Positions 51,106 to 62,041 of a DNA stretch of 64,000 bases are shown here, piece by piece. Under the pieces are notes generated by a model, which saw only the letters and a list, made by a program, of their open reading frames with translations, searched no databases and was not told the origin of the DNA. The stretch spans positions 448,001 to 512,000 of the forward strand of contig CAWCYD010000003.1 in assembly GCA_963799775.1 (NCBI GenBank), read 5' to 3'. How positions within the stretch are numbered: position 1 is the stretch's first letter; the number at the start of each line of letters is the position of its first letter. The position numbers and the translations under genes were made by a program. This stretch comes from an uncultured archaeon (GTDB lineage: Archaea; Thermoproteota; Nitrososphaeria; Nitrososphaerales; Gagatemarchaeaceae).

Positions 51106-52494
51106 GTGTCCTGGCGTGGAATTCTCGGGCGCCGCGATCGGCGAGCGGACGACGGATTCTCGGATCACGTGAAACTCAAGAAAATGGAGAAAGTCGGGAT
51201 AGAGCACGTCGGCGACGACGCGAGGCACGGAAAGACCTTCAGCGCCTTCACTCTGTGGTTCGGCGCGAACCTCACCATCGCCGACTTCGCCCTGGGGTCG
51301 CTGTTCCTCGGGCTTCCCTTCTCCAGCATCCTCCTGGCGATAATCATCGGGAACATCCTGGGGGGCCTAATGGTGGGCCTGATGGCGTCTATGGGGCCCA
51401 CCTTCGGATACCCGCAGATGATGATCTCGAGGGCGGTCATGGGCCGCTCCGGAAACGTCCCCTTCGCGCTCGCGAACTGGATAAGCACGGTGGGGTGGTT
51501 CACGGTGAACATCATCCTGGGCGGCTTCGCTCTCCACCTCGCGTTCGGGCTCCCCTTCGCCGTGGGCGCGGGGATCCTCGTCATCGTCGACGTCGTCCTC
51601 GCCATCTACGGGCACGACATCATCCACACCTTCGAGAAGGTGATGTCGATCGTCCTGGGAGTGATGTTCGCAGTGATCATCGCGGTGGCCTACACGCGGA
51701 TGGGCTCCAGCTTCTCCACCTACGAGTCAACGGCGTCTTTCAACCCCTACTTCTGGGCGCTCGTCGTCGCTGTCGTCTTCTCATACCTCATGAGCTGGTC
51801 TCCCTACGCGAGCGACTACTCGAGGTACCTGCCAAGGACCACCTCGAGGCTGAAGCTGGTGGCCTTCACCACGGCAGGGGGCGCGATCGCGAGCGCCTGG
51901 GCCGAGCTGGCGGGTTTCTTCGTGGCGGTCGCCGCGAACAATCCAAAGCTCGACATGATCTCGGCGCTGCAGGCGGTCTCCGGGAGCTACGCCGTCTTCA
52001 CCCTCACCGCGATCGTCCTAGGGGCAGTGGCCGCCGACGCCCTGAACCTCTACACGAACTCTCTCTCCGCCCTCGTGCTGTATAACAAGGCCGGTCGCGT
52101 CAAGACCGTGTTCCTCGCCGGTGCGATAGGGTTCGCCTTCGCCGTGATAGGGTCCACTGACTTCAACACCTTCTACCAGAACTTCCTCCTCACTCTGGAC
52201 TACTGGATCACGCCTTGGATCGGCGTCATCGCCGCGGCCTTCTTCGTCAAGAAGATCAGGTCAGGGGTGGAGTCTGCTCCTCCGTTCCTGAAGACGGGAC
52301 TATCGGCCTACGTCCTCGGACTGCTCGTCTCCGTGCCCTTCATGAACCTCAGCTCCTACGTCATCGGCCCCTACAGCATCAACTACGTCGGGCCTGTAGC
52401 CAACCTGATAGGGGGGGCCGACATCAGCTACTTCGTGGCCGCGATAGCCGCATTCATCTTCTACGCCCTGATATCTCGACGGGACAAGCCTTAA
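51106..52494 (+). CDS. NCS1-family purine/cytosine permease
   Basis: LWFGAN, GYPQMMISR and WSPYASDYSRY; about 12 TM helices; start uncertain. Confidence 0.9.
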   Translation: MSWRGILGRRDRRADDGFSDHVKLKKMEKVGIEHVGDDARHGKTFSAFTLWFGANLTIADFALGSLFLGLPFSSILLAIIIGNILGGLMVGLMASMGPTFGYPQMMISRAVMGRSGNVPFALANWISTVGWFTVNIILGGFALHLAFGLPFAVGAGILVIVDVVLAIYGHDIIHTFEKVMSIVLGVMFAVIIAVAYTRMGSSFSTYESTASFNPYFWALVVAVVFSYLMSWSPYASDYSRYLPRTTSRLKLVAFTTAGGAIASAWAELAGFFVAVAANNPKLDMISALQAVSGSYAVFTLTAIVLGAVAADALNLYTNSLSALVLYNKAGRVKTVFLAGAIGFAFAVIGSTDFNTFYQNFLLTLDYWITPWIGVIAAAFFVKKIRSGVESAPPFLKTGLSAYVLGLLVSVPFMNLSSYVIGPYSINYVGPVANLIGGADISYFVAAIAAFIFYALISRRDKP

Positions 52495-52527
52495 TTCACC
52501 CGTTCGGGCGCGGTCCCTCCGATAGAG

Positions 52528-52899
52528 ATGGGCGGAACCAAGAAGAAGACGTTGGCGTCGATGGAGAAGTCGCAAGACGACAACGCCAACGCGGCTCCCG
52601 GTGGAGAACAAAAGGGTAAGAAGACAGAGAAGGCAAAGGGGCCAGGAGAGAGAAAGAAAGTCGACGTCCTCGTCCCGCGGTCCAGCGACCAGGAGCTGCT
52701 CAAGAACCTCGCCGGTCTAAAGGCAATAACGATCTACGGCGCTGCAAGGTCGCTCTCGGTCAACGCTGCCGTGGCAAAGCTTGTCATATCGTCTCTAGAG
52801 TCAAAGGGCCTCCTGAAACGAGTCGGCGGCTTTAGCGGCCACTACATCTGGACGCCAGCCGGTGTGACCGCGCCTGCGATTCAGGCGAAGACTGCGTAG
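52528..52899 (+). CDS. rps25e: 30S ribosomal protein eS25
   Basis: Lys-rich N-terminus (MGGTKKK) and winged helix KAITIY...LESKGLLKRVGG. Confidence 0.75.
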   Translation: MGGTKKKTLASMEKSQDDNANAAPGGEQKGKKTEKAKGPGERKKVDVLVPRSSDQELLKNLAGLKAITIYGAARSLSVNAAVAKLVISSLESKGLLKRVGGFSGHYIWTPAGVTAPAIQAKTA

Positions 52900-52911
52900 T
52901 CAACGGGGTTT

Positions 52912-53172
52912 CTAACCCTCCTCGATCCTCTCTTCCGTCTTGCTGACGCTGATGATGCTGTAGGACCAGATCAGCCCTCTGTCTTTGTAGGCCCTCATCT
53001 CAAGGCGCTTTGGGGAGTAGAAGCTGGCGCGAAGCGATTCTCTCGGGATGATCACTCCCTGGCGCCCCATCTGGTTGGCGAACGTCTCCAACGTCCTGAT
53101 GTCTACTATGTACTTGAACTCGATCTCTGGTCCCTTGGGTTCTTGAGGAGAGGTGTCTGTGTGCGCGTCCAA
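52912..53172 (-). CDS. Hypothetical protein
   Basis: Host-like codon use; fills the gap between core genes. Confidence 0.55.
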   Translation of the reverse strand: MDAHTDTSPQEPKGPEIEFKYIVDIRTLETFANQMGRQGVIIPRESLRASFYSPKRLEMRAYKDRGLIWSYSIISVSKTEERIEEG

Positions 53173-53251
53173 GAATGCACTTGTCGGCCGCTCGTAGCCC
53201 GGTTAATTGGGTATGGAACAATGTTCCAGAAGCTGAGGGGCCGCGGAGCTC

Positions 53252-53647
53252 TTAGACTTGCGCGCCTGTCTCCGGGACAGGGGCCCCGGCGATCTGCACC
53301 ACGTCGCCCGCGGCAATACCTAGAATGGAGTCGAGACCTTCTTCCACCTTCCCCACGGGGTTGAGTGGCCGGTCGCTCTTTGCGTTCTTCAGGAAAATGC
53401 AGATCGAGCCGTTCGCCGCGAAGAAGGCAACGTCGCCTCTGGTGTATTCCAGCCTATGCTTCTCGACTCCGGTCTTTATCTTCGTCAGCAGGGTTATCAT
53501 CCCTGGATAGATCATCACCCTAGATGCGATAGGCATCTCGTCCAGCAGCGCCGTGACCGTGACCGGAGCTAGGTGGCGATAGAGACCGATCGTGAACTTT
53601 CCCTTCCCTCTCACAGTTGCGACGCAATCCACCTTGGAGACCGACAT
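53252..53647 (-). CDS. Cyclophilin-like fold protein
   Basis: HLAPVT...P, GDVAF, ICIF and NPVGKV. Confidence 0.8.
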   Translation of the reverse strand: MSVSKVDCVATVRGKGKFTIGLYRHLAPVTVTALLDEMPIASRVMIYPGMITLLTKIKTGVEKHRLEYTRGDVAFFAANGSICIFLKNAKSDRPLNPVGKVEEGLDSILGIAAGDVVQIAGAPVPETGAQV

Positions 53648-53819
53648 TCTTGGTTTTCTAACCGATGCATCGCCGGCTCCCTATTTATGCCATGATGGAG
53701 GCTCGTTTGGCTCGCTCCGTGTTCGGTCGAGACCTTGACCGGCGAGCTGCGCTTATCTCGCAGAGCACAAGACTTATACCACTTCCCAAAAAGGCCCTCC
53801 GTTCTCTAGGTACTTCTTC

Positions 53820-54116
53820 TTGGTGACAGTTGCAGCCTCTAAAGATAAGAAACGTGGAAAGCGCGCCGCAGAAGAAGGCTTCGAGATACTCATCGGCCCG
53901 CAAAAGCTCACCAGGTTCGAGAAGGCGAGGATAGTCGGAGCAAGGTCCCTCCAATTGGCGATGGGCGCCCCGGCGTTCGTCCCGATCGACGAGAGCGTCA
54001 GAGACTCGATCGCGCTCGCGATGATGGAGCTGGCCAGCGACGCCCTGCCGATATCTATCCGCCGGTCGCTTCCGAACGGCAACTCGCAAGACATCCCGAT
54101 AAAATACCTGCTCTGA
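53820..54116 (+). CDS. rpo6: RNA polymerase subunit Rpo6 (K)
   Basis: LTRFEKARIVGARSLQLAMGAP...LPISIRR. Confidence 0.95.
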   Translation: MVTVAASKDKKRGKRAAEEGFEILIGPQKLTRFEKARIVGARSLQLAMGAPAFVPIDESVRDSIALAMMELASDALPISIRRSLPNGNSQDIPIKYLL

Positions 54117-55386
54117 GCGGCGAGACTCGGTTCCGGTCGATTTCTTCGGGCTCTGTCAACTCTTCGGCTAATGATGCCTTGGAGCCAACTTGCCTGGCAT
54201 CTGCTCCTGGGATTACCGTAGTCGCCGGGTTCCCATTCATCGCTTCACATGCAGGCCCTTTCGCCTCCTCCTGAGAAGGAGGGTGCAGGGAACTGGCAAG
54301 CCTTGACAGCCCCCTATCCGCCAGATTGGCCACCGCGTTGCCGTCACGGTGAACCCATACCTTGCACCTCCCGCACCAGAGGTGTCTCTTGTGTCTGAGG
54401 TCGCCTCTCGCCGGTCTGCGGAGCTTCTCCCCGCATGCTGAATGGATGGACGATGAGCCTCTGGTCTCCGCCTTCGTCAGCTTGATGACGGTCACTCCCC
54501 TGATTGCCGCCTTGTAGCCCAGCATCTCGTACTGTCTTCTGTGAGGCCACGCGTTCATCCTGAACCTATAATCTCGACCTTTCCCGTTCCCCTTCCGATA
54601 CATCTTGTTGATGCCTGAGATGTCCTCGAGCGCCATCGCAGCTCCAATGGACCTCGCGCTCTCGACTATCTGGTTCGTCGCAAGATGGAGTATCTGAGTC
54701 GTCTTGTCGTTCGCCCTCTTCCAGTACTTTTGCGCGAGCAGTCTCCTGATTCGCATGTCGTCCCTCTTGAACGAGCCCAGGATCTCCCTGGTCGTCTGCT
54801 TCACCTTGACTATTCGTGACAGGTCGATTTCCTCGAACCCTCCCCGATCACCATACGTGAGGTTCTTCTCGTTCCTGTCCACACCGATCACCAGCCTTGG
54901 CTCGATCGACTCGACCTCAGAGGAGTAGCATATCGCGACCCTGTCCTCAGTGAGGGTCAGGCTCCTCATCTTGACGCCGGGTTTGGAGACCTTCGAGAAG
55001 GCATACGTGTTGAGCTGCACCATCTCGAACGTGTGATGCCCGAGAGAGACGAACAGCTTGCCCGTCACGGTCACGAAGAATCCCCTGACTATGCAGGCGG
55101 CGAGCTTCAGCGGCGTTCTATGTCTGACCCTGACGCCTCTCCTGTCGCTCTTCCACCTGCTTCTGAGGACGGCGCATGCGCGAGTGATCACTGCAACCTT
55201 GAAAGACGACGGGAGGTCCACGTCGCGGATCGATCGGTAGAACCCATTCATCTGTCCCCTGTTGTTGATACGGTTGCTCTCAGCGTACTGGATCGCGTTG
55301 TATGTCAGGGGCCTACACTGAGAGAGGATATCACGAATAAGAGCGCTGTCGTGAGGCTGCCACACGGAGAGCGTCGCGAGGGACAT
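54055..55386 (-). mobile_element. tnpB: TnpB RNA-guided nuclease, no transposase; copy 2
   Basis: Colinear paralogue of 16957-18186 (IGVDRN, ALEDI, HRDGNA); ATG at 55386; similarity to copy 1 stops at about 54149. Confidence 0.9.
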
Positions 55387-55513
55387 GCGCTGAAAAGTGC
55401 CTAGAGTAAATAAGCGCCCATGCTGCCTCGGGCCGCATCTTGTCCTGAGTTGAAGACTACGAAGTCTTTCTTCGGTAGGCATAAATAGCCAAAGACCGGC
55501 GAACAGCGCGACA

Positions 55514-55891
55514 ATGTCAACCAAAGTCACCGCAAAACGACAGCCCAGGTCCAAAGACGAGGAGAGGACAGAATCTCCTTCCCAAGAAGCACCCGCAATG
55601 GCACCTATGCACGAAAGGGGGCCATCGAACCACATCTACGTGGGAAAGAAGCCAGTGATGAGCTACGCGATGTCAGCGCTCATCCAGCTCTCCCAAGCCG
55701 GCGAGGTCAACATCAAGGCAAGAGGCCTCGCAATCAGCAGAGCCGTCGACGTGGCGGAGATCGTAACAAAGAGACTGGGCAATGGAACCTTCTCTGTGAA
55801 GAACATCAACATCACCACAGAGCAAGTGAAGAGCACCGAGACAGGCGAGATGAGGAACGTCTCCTCAATCGAGATCCTAGTAGGCAAGTAG
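55514..55891 (+). CDS. albA: Chromatin protein Alba
   Basis: IYVGKKPVMSY, IKARGLAISRAVDVAE and RNVSSIEI. Confidence 0.95.
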   Translation: MSTKVTAKRQPRSKDEERTESPSQEAPAMAPMHERGPSNHIYVGKKPVMSYAMSALIQLSQAGEVNIKARGLAISRAVDVAEIVTKRLGNGTFSVKNINITTEQVKSTETGEMRNVSSIEILVGK

Positions 55892-56011
55892 GACCACTGT
55901 CCAGAGCTCCAGTCATCTCCAAGAGCGAACAAGAACACTTGGCAAGAGAGGCCGCGCAGCCTAACGGAGGTTATGCCGCGGATTCGGGCCTGGCCAGTCG
56001 AGGGGTTCGAC

Positions 56012-56683
56012 CTAGAGCGTCCGCGTCATTATTATCACGTCGATGCTCTTGCCGCCTCTCCGGATCTTTTTCTCTACCACGCCCGCCTTGTTGAACCCAG
56101 ATTTCGCGTAGAGCTTCATAGCTGCCGGGTTTGTCAAGAGAACGTGGAGCTCGAGGGTCTTCAAGCCCGCTTTCTTGCTGAGCTCGACCAGGCAGGACAA
56201 CATCTCTGTCCCGATCCCCATCCCCCTGTAGCCTCTAGAGACTGAGATTCCTAGCAGGCCGTGCGTCGCTGTGGTAGGCAGCTCTCCGCGCACCACCTCG
56301 GAGTTTGCGACCAGTTGCCCTCCGACCTCCGCAACGACGCTGACCTCCTTGCCGCTCTCCATTGCGACCAGCTTGTCCGCGAGCCACCGCGATTCTTTCT
56401 CTCTGGTCACCGGGCCGCCGATCAGAGTGCCGAATCCAGGGTTCTTTCGTTGCTCTTCGACGAGCCCGCTCGCGAACCTGAGCAGTCCATCCAGGTCTTC
56501 CCACCTCGCTGCGCGGAGGGTCACAGGTTTCCCGTTGGACGCTGTGAACTTCCTGTAGACGCGGCCTGCCTCGACCGGCAACGGGCCTCGAAGAAGTTCG
56601 TGAGCGACATAACTCTTTTCATGAGATGCTGCGGCGCCCGGGAGGGGATTCTTCGGGCGAGAATTTTTTCTTGGACCTCGCAA
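56012..56683 (-). CDS. GNAT acetyltransferase (true start probably further downstream)
   Basis: GISVSRGYRGMGIG and NPAAMKLYAKSGF. Confidence 0.85.
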   Translation of the reverse strand: MRGPRKNSRPKNPLPGAAASHEKSYVAHELLRGPLPVEAGRVYRKFTASNGKPVTLRAARWEDLDGLLRFASGLVEEQRKNPGFGTLIGGPVTREKESRWLADKLVAMESGKEVSVVAEVGGQLVANSEVVRGELPTTATHGLLGISVSRGYRGMGIGTEMLSCLVELSKKAGLKTLELHVLLTNPAAMKLYAKSGFNKAGVVEKKIRRGGKSIDVIIMTRTL

Positions 56684-56798
56684 AGGAGTTTTTTCTTTCC
56701 AGATTCGAGATACTTTTTCGCGGAAAAATTTCGTGCGGGAAATTTTTTTGGGAATATGTTTTTAAATTGAATGATGAGAGGATTGCGCAACAAGAAAA

Positions 56799-58127
56799 TT
56801 GCCTGAAAATCGGGCGCAACCGGTGTCACGCACGCGGAATGTGACACCCAAATTCTCTGACCAAGAATTATTCTATCTGGCCGAGAAGTTTGGAACACCA
56901 TACTTTCTGATAGACGAGGCGGCACTACGAAGGACTGTGAGCGAGCTCGAGCAAGCGTATCAAAAGTTCAAAGGGCCCTTCCGCATGGCTTACTCGATAA
57001 AGGCCAACTACAACCCGAGCGTGATCAAGACGTTCGTCTCGGAGGGCATCATGTTCGACCTGACCGCGAGCAACGAGCTCTACTTCCTTCTAAAGTGCGG
57101 CGGGTCCCCAGAGAACGTAATCTACACTAGCATCACCGAGACGATGGCCGAGTACGAGCAGATAATGAAGCTCGGCGTGAGGAAGATAGTCGTCTCCAGC
57201 TACAACGGCCTCCTCAACCTGATCGAGGCCAGAGCGAGGGTGAGCGAGGACATCGAGGTGCTCATCCGAGTGAACCCAGAGGTCAGCGTAAAGGCCGAGC
57301 TCAGGTTCTCGATCAAGCACGGGAAATTCGGGGTGCCTCTCGACTCGGCAGACGAAGACAGCGCGATCTCGCTTCTGAGGAAGATCCTTTCCACCCCGGG
57401 GATGACCTTCGACGGGTTCCATTTCCATCTCGGGAGCCAGATCGATGACCCGTCATGCTTTGCCGTCGCGCTCGAGAAGCTCGAGAGCTTCGTGCTTGGC
57501 GCGAGGCGGGAGCTCGGCGACTTTGAGGTCCGGACGATAGACATCGGCGGTGGGCTGCCAGCGCCCTACGGCAAGAGCGTGCCAACGGCAGAGGACTTTG
57601 CCTCACAGCTCTTCGAGCAGCTCAACAGCATCATCGAGAGCCTCGGGAGCAAGTTCACGCTGATCGTCGAGAGCGGGCGGTTCCTCGCAGCAGAGTCCAC
57701 CATCATGGTCTCACGCGTAGTCAACGTCAAGAGGTTCCAGGAGACGAAGTACGTCTACATCGACGCAGGCTACCACAACCTGCTCGATTCCGCCCTGCTG
57801 AAACACGAGTATCCTGTAGAGGTGATCCCAGGAGGGTCGTCCTCCCCGCGCAAGACGGTCCTTTCCGGGAGGCTGTGCGATGCCCTCGACATCTTCCCTA
57901 TCTCGAGCAGGTCGAAGCTGGGAGGGGCGGAGCCCGGCAAGCTCGTCGTCTTCCGAGACGTGGGCGCTTACTCCTTCGTTATCGGGTCTCAGTTCCACTG
58001 CCAGCCCAAGCCCTACATCTTGATGCGGACCACGCAGGGCAATCACGTCGTGGTCCGAAAGGGACATGACCTTGACGAGCTCTTCAGCGAGGAAGGCGGC
58101 GACCTCGCCAACCTAAAGCATCAATAG
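56799..58127 (+). CDS. PLP-dependent Orn/DAP/Arg decarboxylase (LysA-like)
   Basis: YSIKAN, KFG, HFHLGSQ, IDIGGG, ESGRF, GRLCD and VGAY. Confidence 0.9.
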   Translation: MPENRAQPVSRTRNVTPKFSDQELFYLAEKFGTPYFLIDEAALRRTVSELEQAYQKFKGPFRMAYSIKANYNPSVIKTFVSEGIMFDLTASNELYFLLKCGGSPENVIYTSITETMAEYEQIMKLGVRKIVVSSYNGLLNLIEARARVSEDIEVLIRVNPEVSVKAELRFSIKHGKFGVPLDSADEDSAISLLRKILSTPGMTFDGFHFHLGSQIDDPSCFAVALEKLESFVLGARRELGDFEVRTIDIGGGLPAPYGKSVPTAEDFASQLFEQLNSIIESLGSKFTLIVESGRFLAAESTIMVSRVVNVKRFQETKYVYIDAGYHNLLDSALLKHEYPVEVIPGGSSSPRKTVLSGRLCDALDIFPISSRSKLGGAEPGKLVVFRDVGAYSFVIGSQFHCQPKPYILMRTTQGNHVVVRKGHDLDELFSEEGGDLANLKHQ

Positions 58128-58201
58128 CTCGCTCGTGCCGCCAGAGCATCGGTTGAGAGACAGAGAACCCGATAGCCTGAAGTCCTCGCCTTGCGCACAG
58201 G

Positions 58202-59575
58202 ATGGATGAGAGGCACTTGGCTAGGCGTGCGATAATAATGGGGACTGCCGGCAGAGACTTTCACAACTTCAACACATACTTCAGGGACAACCCATCTTAC
58301 GAGGTGGTGGCGTTCACGGCCGCCCAGGCCCCTTACACATCCAGCAAGGCCTATCCTGAATCACTGGCAGGCAGGCGCTACCCCAACGGAATCCCGATCC
58401 ACCCTGAGGACCAGCTGGAGAATCTCCTGCAGAGCGAAGGAGTCAACGACGTCTTCTTCTCTTACAGCGACACGTCCTACGACTACCTGATGCACAGGGC
58501 CTCGATAGCCCAGGCGAAGGGCGCCACCTTCCACCTGCTCGGCCCTGCCGACACGATGATCAAGGCGAACAAGCCGGTCATCGCGGTCGTGGCCGTCAGG
58601 ACCGGGGCAGGGAAGAGCACGATCAGCAGGAAGGTCTCGGACATCCTGGTGAAGCACGGCCTCAAGCCGGTGGTGGTTAGGCATCCGATGCCTTTCAACG
58701 ACTTTTCTGCCCCGTTCCAGCGCTTCGAAGATCCCGAGGAACCTGGACAACTATCACGTCACCGTCGAGGAGAGGGAGGAGTACGAGGGACACTTGAGCC
58801 GCAACCTAGTCGTCTTCACAGGAGTCGACTACAAGGCGATCATGACGGAGGCCGAGAAGGAAGGGGACGTGATAATCTGGGACGGGGGGAACAACGACTG
58901 GAGCTTCTACAGGCCTGACATCAACATCGTGGTCGCCGATCCCATCAGGCAGGGCCACGAGACGCGATATTATCCCGGGGAGACCAACGTCCGCATGGCC
59001 GACGTGGTGGTCGTCAACAAGGTGAACGTCGCGACCAAGGACGACGTCGACAAGACCCTGGTCTCTTGCGCCAAGCTCAACCCGCGAGCGAAACTGGTCC
59101 GGACCCGCTCAGAGGCCGTCTTGGACCACCCCGATTGGATACGAGGGAAGCGCGTAGTGGTCGTCGAGGACGCTCCCTCGGTCACTCATGGTGGGCTCTC
59201 GTACGGAGCCGGGACCGTCGCAGCGAAGAACGTCGACGCCATTCCCGTTGACCCACGCGACAGGGCGGTCGGCGGCATCCGCGCTGCCTTTGAGAAATAT
59301 CCTACTCTCGGCAAGTGGTCCTCCCGGCCCTCGGCTACACCAGCGCGCAGCTTGCCGAGCTCGAGGAGAGCATCAACGCCATAGAGTGCGACGCCGTGGT
59401 GCTAGGCACACCGGCAGACCTGACGAAGCTGATCAAGATCGGCAAGCCGGTCGCGCGGGTCGCCTTCGAGGCCTATGACGAAGGCAAGCCCACACTGGAG
59501 GAGGTGATAGCCGAGAAGATCGAGTCGTTCAAGCGCGCTCCTGTGGCGACGCCGCCTGCCCAAAGGCCGACTTGA
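58202..59575 (+). CDS. cDPGS-like P-loop protein (COG2403 type; possible arginine synthetase); frameshifts
   Basis: MGTAGRDFHNFN, VRTGAGKST, VVRHPMP, WDGGNND and YYPGETN. Confidence 0.8.
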
Positions 59576-59580
59576 GTCTC

Positions 59581-60825
59581 TCAGGACGAGAGTATGCTTC
59601 TCAGGACGTTCTTTCCCATGAGCGTCCCGAGCGAGCCGCGCTTCGCATCCTTCTCGGTGAACCTGCATGTCGTGCCTCTCCCGTCGCCGGTGACGAGCAA
59701 GGGCACCGGGTCTGCCGAGTGCATCTTGAGAACGCACGGTGTCGCGTGGTCGCACGAGACGGCAAGCGTCGCCTCGTCTCCTAGGGTCTCGGCCACAGGT
59801 CCGAAGAAGTCCCTGTCGATCCCCTCGATGTTCTTCTTCTTCCCGACGGCGTCTCCATCGTGCCCGAACTCGTCGGGGCCCTTGATGTGCGCGTAGACGA
59901 CCGTCCCGTCTCTGAGCTCTCTCTTGAACTGTCTTGCCTTCCCTGCCACGTCGGACGGGTCGTCGACCTTGACCATCTTCATCTTCAGAAGGATCGCGAT
60001 GCCCACCTCCGCCGGCATCTCGACGAGCGCGACGCCCTTGTAGTGGTGAGTCTCCTCAAAAGACGGCAGAGTCGGGATACTGGATCCTGAGTCCCGGAAT
60101 AGGATGAGGTTCGCAGGCTTCTTGCCCTCTCTCCTCCTCACTTGGTTCACCTTGGCGGAGTCGAGGATCCCCATGGCCTGCTGCGAAAAGGAGTTGACAA
60201 ACTCTGCGGCCCTCTTGGCAGCTGCCGTCCTCTCCAGAGGCTTGCAGGTCTGGATGGCTTCCACGTCCTTCGCCTCTCTCGCCGCGCCGAACCCCTTCAT
60301 CCGCACGTAGCCCGGGTCGGTGTTAGAGATCTCAGCCGAAAGAGGTTCGTCGGCCCGAATCACGAGGGCCGCACGGTGCCCGATTGTGCTGCGGAAGTCG
60401 AATTCCGCGTTCGCCAGCTTGACAGCTTTGAGCTCCTCCTGGAGGTTCTTGGCGTCGCTCGCAGTCATGTCCCTCCCCGCCCGGCGGTCGACTATCTTCC
60501 CCCCTACGGCCGTGGCGAAGTTTGCCCTCAGCGCCAGGTCGCCGTCCTTCATCTCGATCCCGGCACCGATCGACTCGATCACCCCGCGCCCCGGATATCC
60601 CTTCTCGAACCCGTATCCGAGCATGTTGAAGACCGCGATGTCCGATTCCGGCGAGATGCCCTTGCCAACTGTGATCACCTGGCCCATCTCTCCCCTTCTC
60701 GCCATCTTGTCGAGATTCGGCGTGTTAGCTACCTCGAGAGGGGTCGTGTGATTCAGCGAGGGGACGGGCCTATCGCTGCAGCCGTCCAAGAGGATGTATC
60801 CGACCTTCTTCTTCGCCTCGGGCAT
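59581..60825 (-). CDS. apgM: 2,3-bisphosphoglycerate-independent phosphoglycerate mutase
   Basis: LLDGCSD, PESD, GRGVIE, HIKGPDEFGHDG, DHATP and HSADPVP. Confidence 0.92.
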   Translation of the reverse strand: MPEAKKKVGYILLDGCSDRPVPSLNHTTPLEVANTPNLDKMARRGEMGQVITVGKGISPESDIAVFNMLGYGFEKGYPGRGVIESIGAGIEMKDGDLALRANFATAVGGKIVDRRAGRDMTASDAKNLQEELKAVKLANAEFDFRSTIGHRAALVIRADEPLSAEISNTDPGYVRMKGFGAAREAKDVEAIQTCKPLERTAAAKRAAEFVNSFSQQAMGILDSAKVNQVRRREGKKPANLILFRDSGSSIPTLPSFEETHHYKGVALVEMPAEVGIAILLKMKMVKVDDPSDVAGKARQFKRELRDGTVVYAHIKGPDEFGHDGDAVGKKKNIEGIDRDFFGPVAETLGDEATLAVSCDHATPCVLKMHSADPVPLLVTGDGRGTTCRFTEKDAKRGSLGTLMGKNVLRSILSS

Positions 60826-60996
60826 CTTCCGCCGAGCGCGACAATCTCTCGCATATAACCTTAGAAGCCCCAAGGGGCCATTTGAATTTCAGAAAGAGCC
60901 TCGAACCTGACGGTCTGGGCCCGCAGAAGTCAGGTGCTAGGCCGATTTCCGCTACAGAGAGGTAATATATCGTGAAGAACAACACATACGCCATCC

Positions 60997-62035
60997 ATGG
61001 TCGAGATAAGGAAGGACTACTTTACAGACAAGCTGTCTGTAGTCACGCTAGACAGAGGCTCACGTTCCCAACTTCGGCCCTTCTCCGACCATGGCGCCAA
61101 GTGCCCGTTCTGCCCGGGCAACGAAGAGATGACACCTCAGGCGGACCTCGTCCTGGTGAAGATGGGCGACACGCTCGTGAAGCAGTCAGATTCCGAAGGC
61201 GACCCTGTGCGCGGATGGGTTGTCAGGGTCTTTCCCGACAAGTTCCCGATAGTCACACCTAACGCCGCGCCTTCATATGGCGAGGCGCCCCATTACAGCG
61301 AGCCTGCCGTGGGCTACCACTACATCATGGTCGCTACCCCAAAGCATGACATCACCTTCGCGAAGATCGACAAGGACCAGTGGACCAGCGTGCTGGCGAC
61401 GATCCAGGACAAGACTAGATGGCTCTACGCCCAGCGTGGGGTCGGGTACGTGGCGATCTTCATCAACCAAGGAAAGACCGCGGGCGCCCTGGTCGACCAC
61501 CCTCACATCCAGCTGGTGACCATACCGAGGTTACCGCCCGCCGTCGAGGCGGAGGCGGTCACGGTCCAGAATTCCCTGAACGAGCTAGGCATCTGTCCGA
61601 TGTGCCAGGTCGTGGCCTCTGAGACGGGCGGACCGAGGCAGTGCCCTCTCGACAGAGTTCTTCATCGCGTTCGCCCCCTGGGCGTCTGCCCATTCGTACG
61701 AGTTCTGGATCTACCCGAAGCGTCACCAGACCAGCCTCCTCAAGCTCTCCCAGAAGGAGCTCATGGACCTGTCCCTGATACTGAGGGCGACCCTAGGCGG
61801 GATGGCCAAGGTGCTTGGCGACTGCGGATTCAACCTCGTCGTCCACAACTCCTCCGAGAAGAAGACGACCAAGCAGATACACTGGCACGTAGAGGTCTAC
61901 CCCAGAGTCTCGACCTGGACCGGCCTGGAACTAGGGTCCGGGGTCTTCGTCAACGAGGTCTCTCCGGAGGTGGCCGCCGAGCAGCTAGGGGCTGCAAGCA
62001 GGCGAGAGCTCGCCCACCTAGTCGGGATCACCTGA
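60997..62035 (+). CDS. galT: Galactose-1-phosphate uridylyltransferase-like protein; frameshift
   Basis: CPFCPGNE, HPHIQ, CPMC and HWHVEVYPR. Confidence 0.88.
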
Positions 62036-62041
62036 GCACGG

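Noticed and set aside
53648-53800. GC-rich stem-loops upstream of rpo6 as an ncRNA or tRNA
   Set aside because: No cloverleaf or complete C/D box set is visible; the stems are plausible by chance at this GC content.
55387-55635. N-terminal extension of the 526-aa TnpB ORF
   Set aside because: It overlaps alba antisense, and alignment with copy 1 places the start at 55386.
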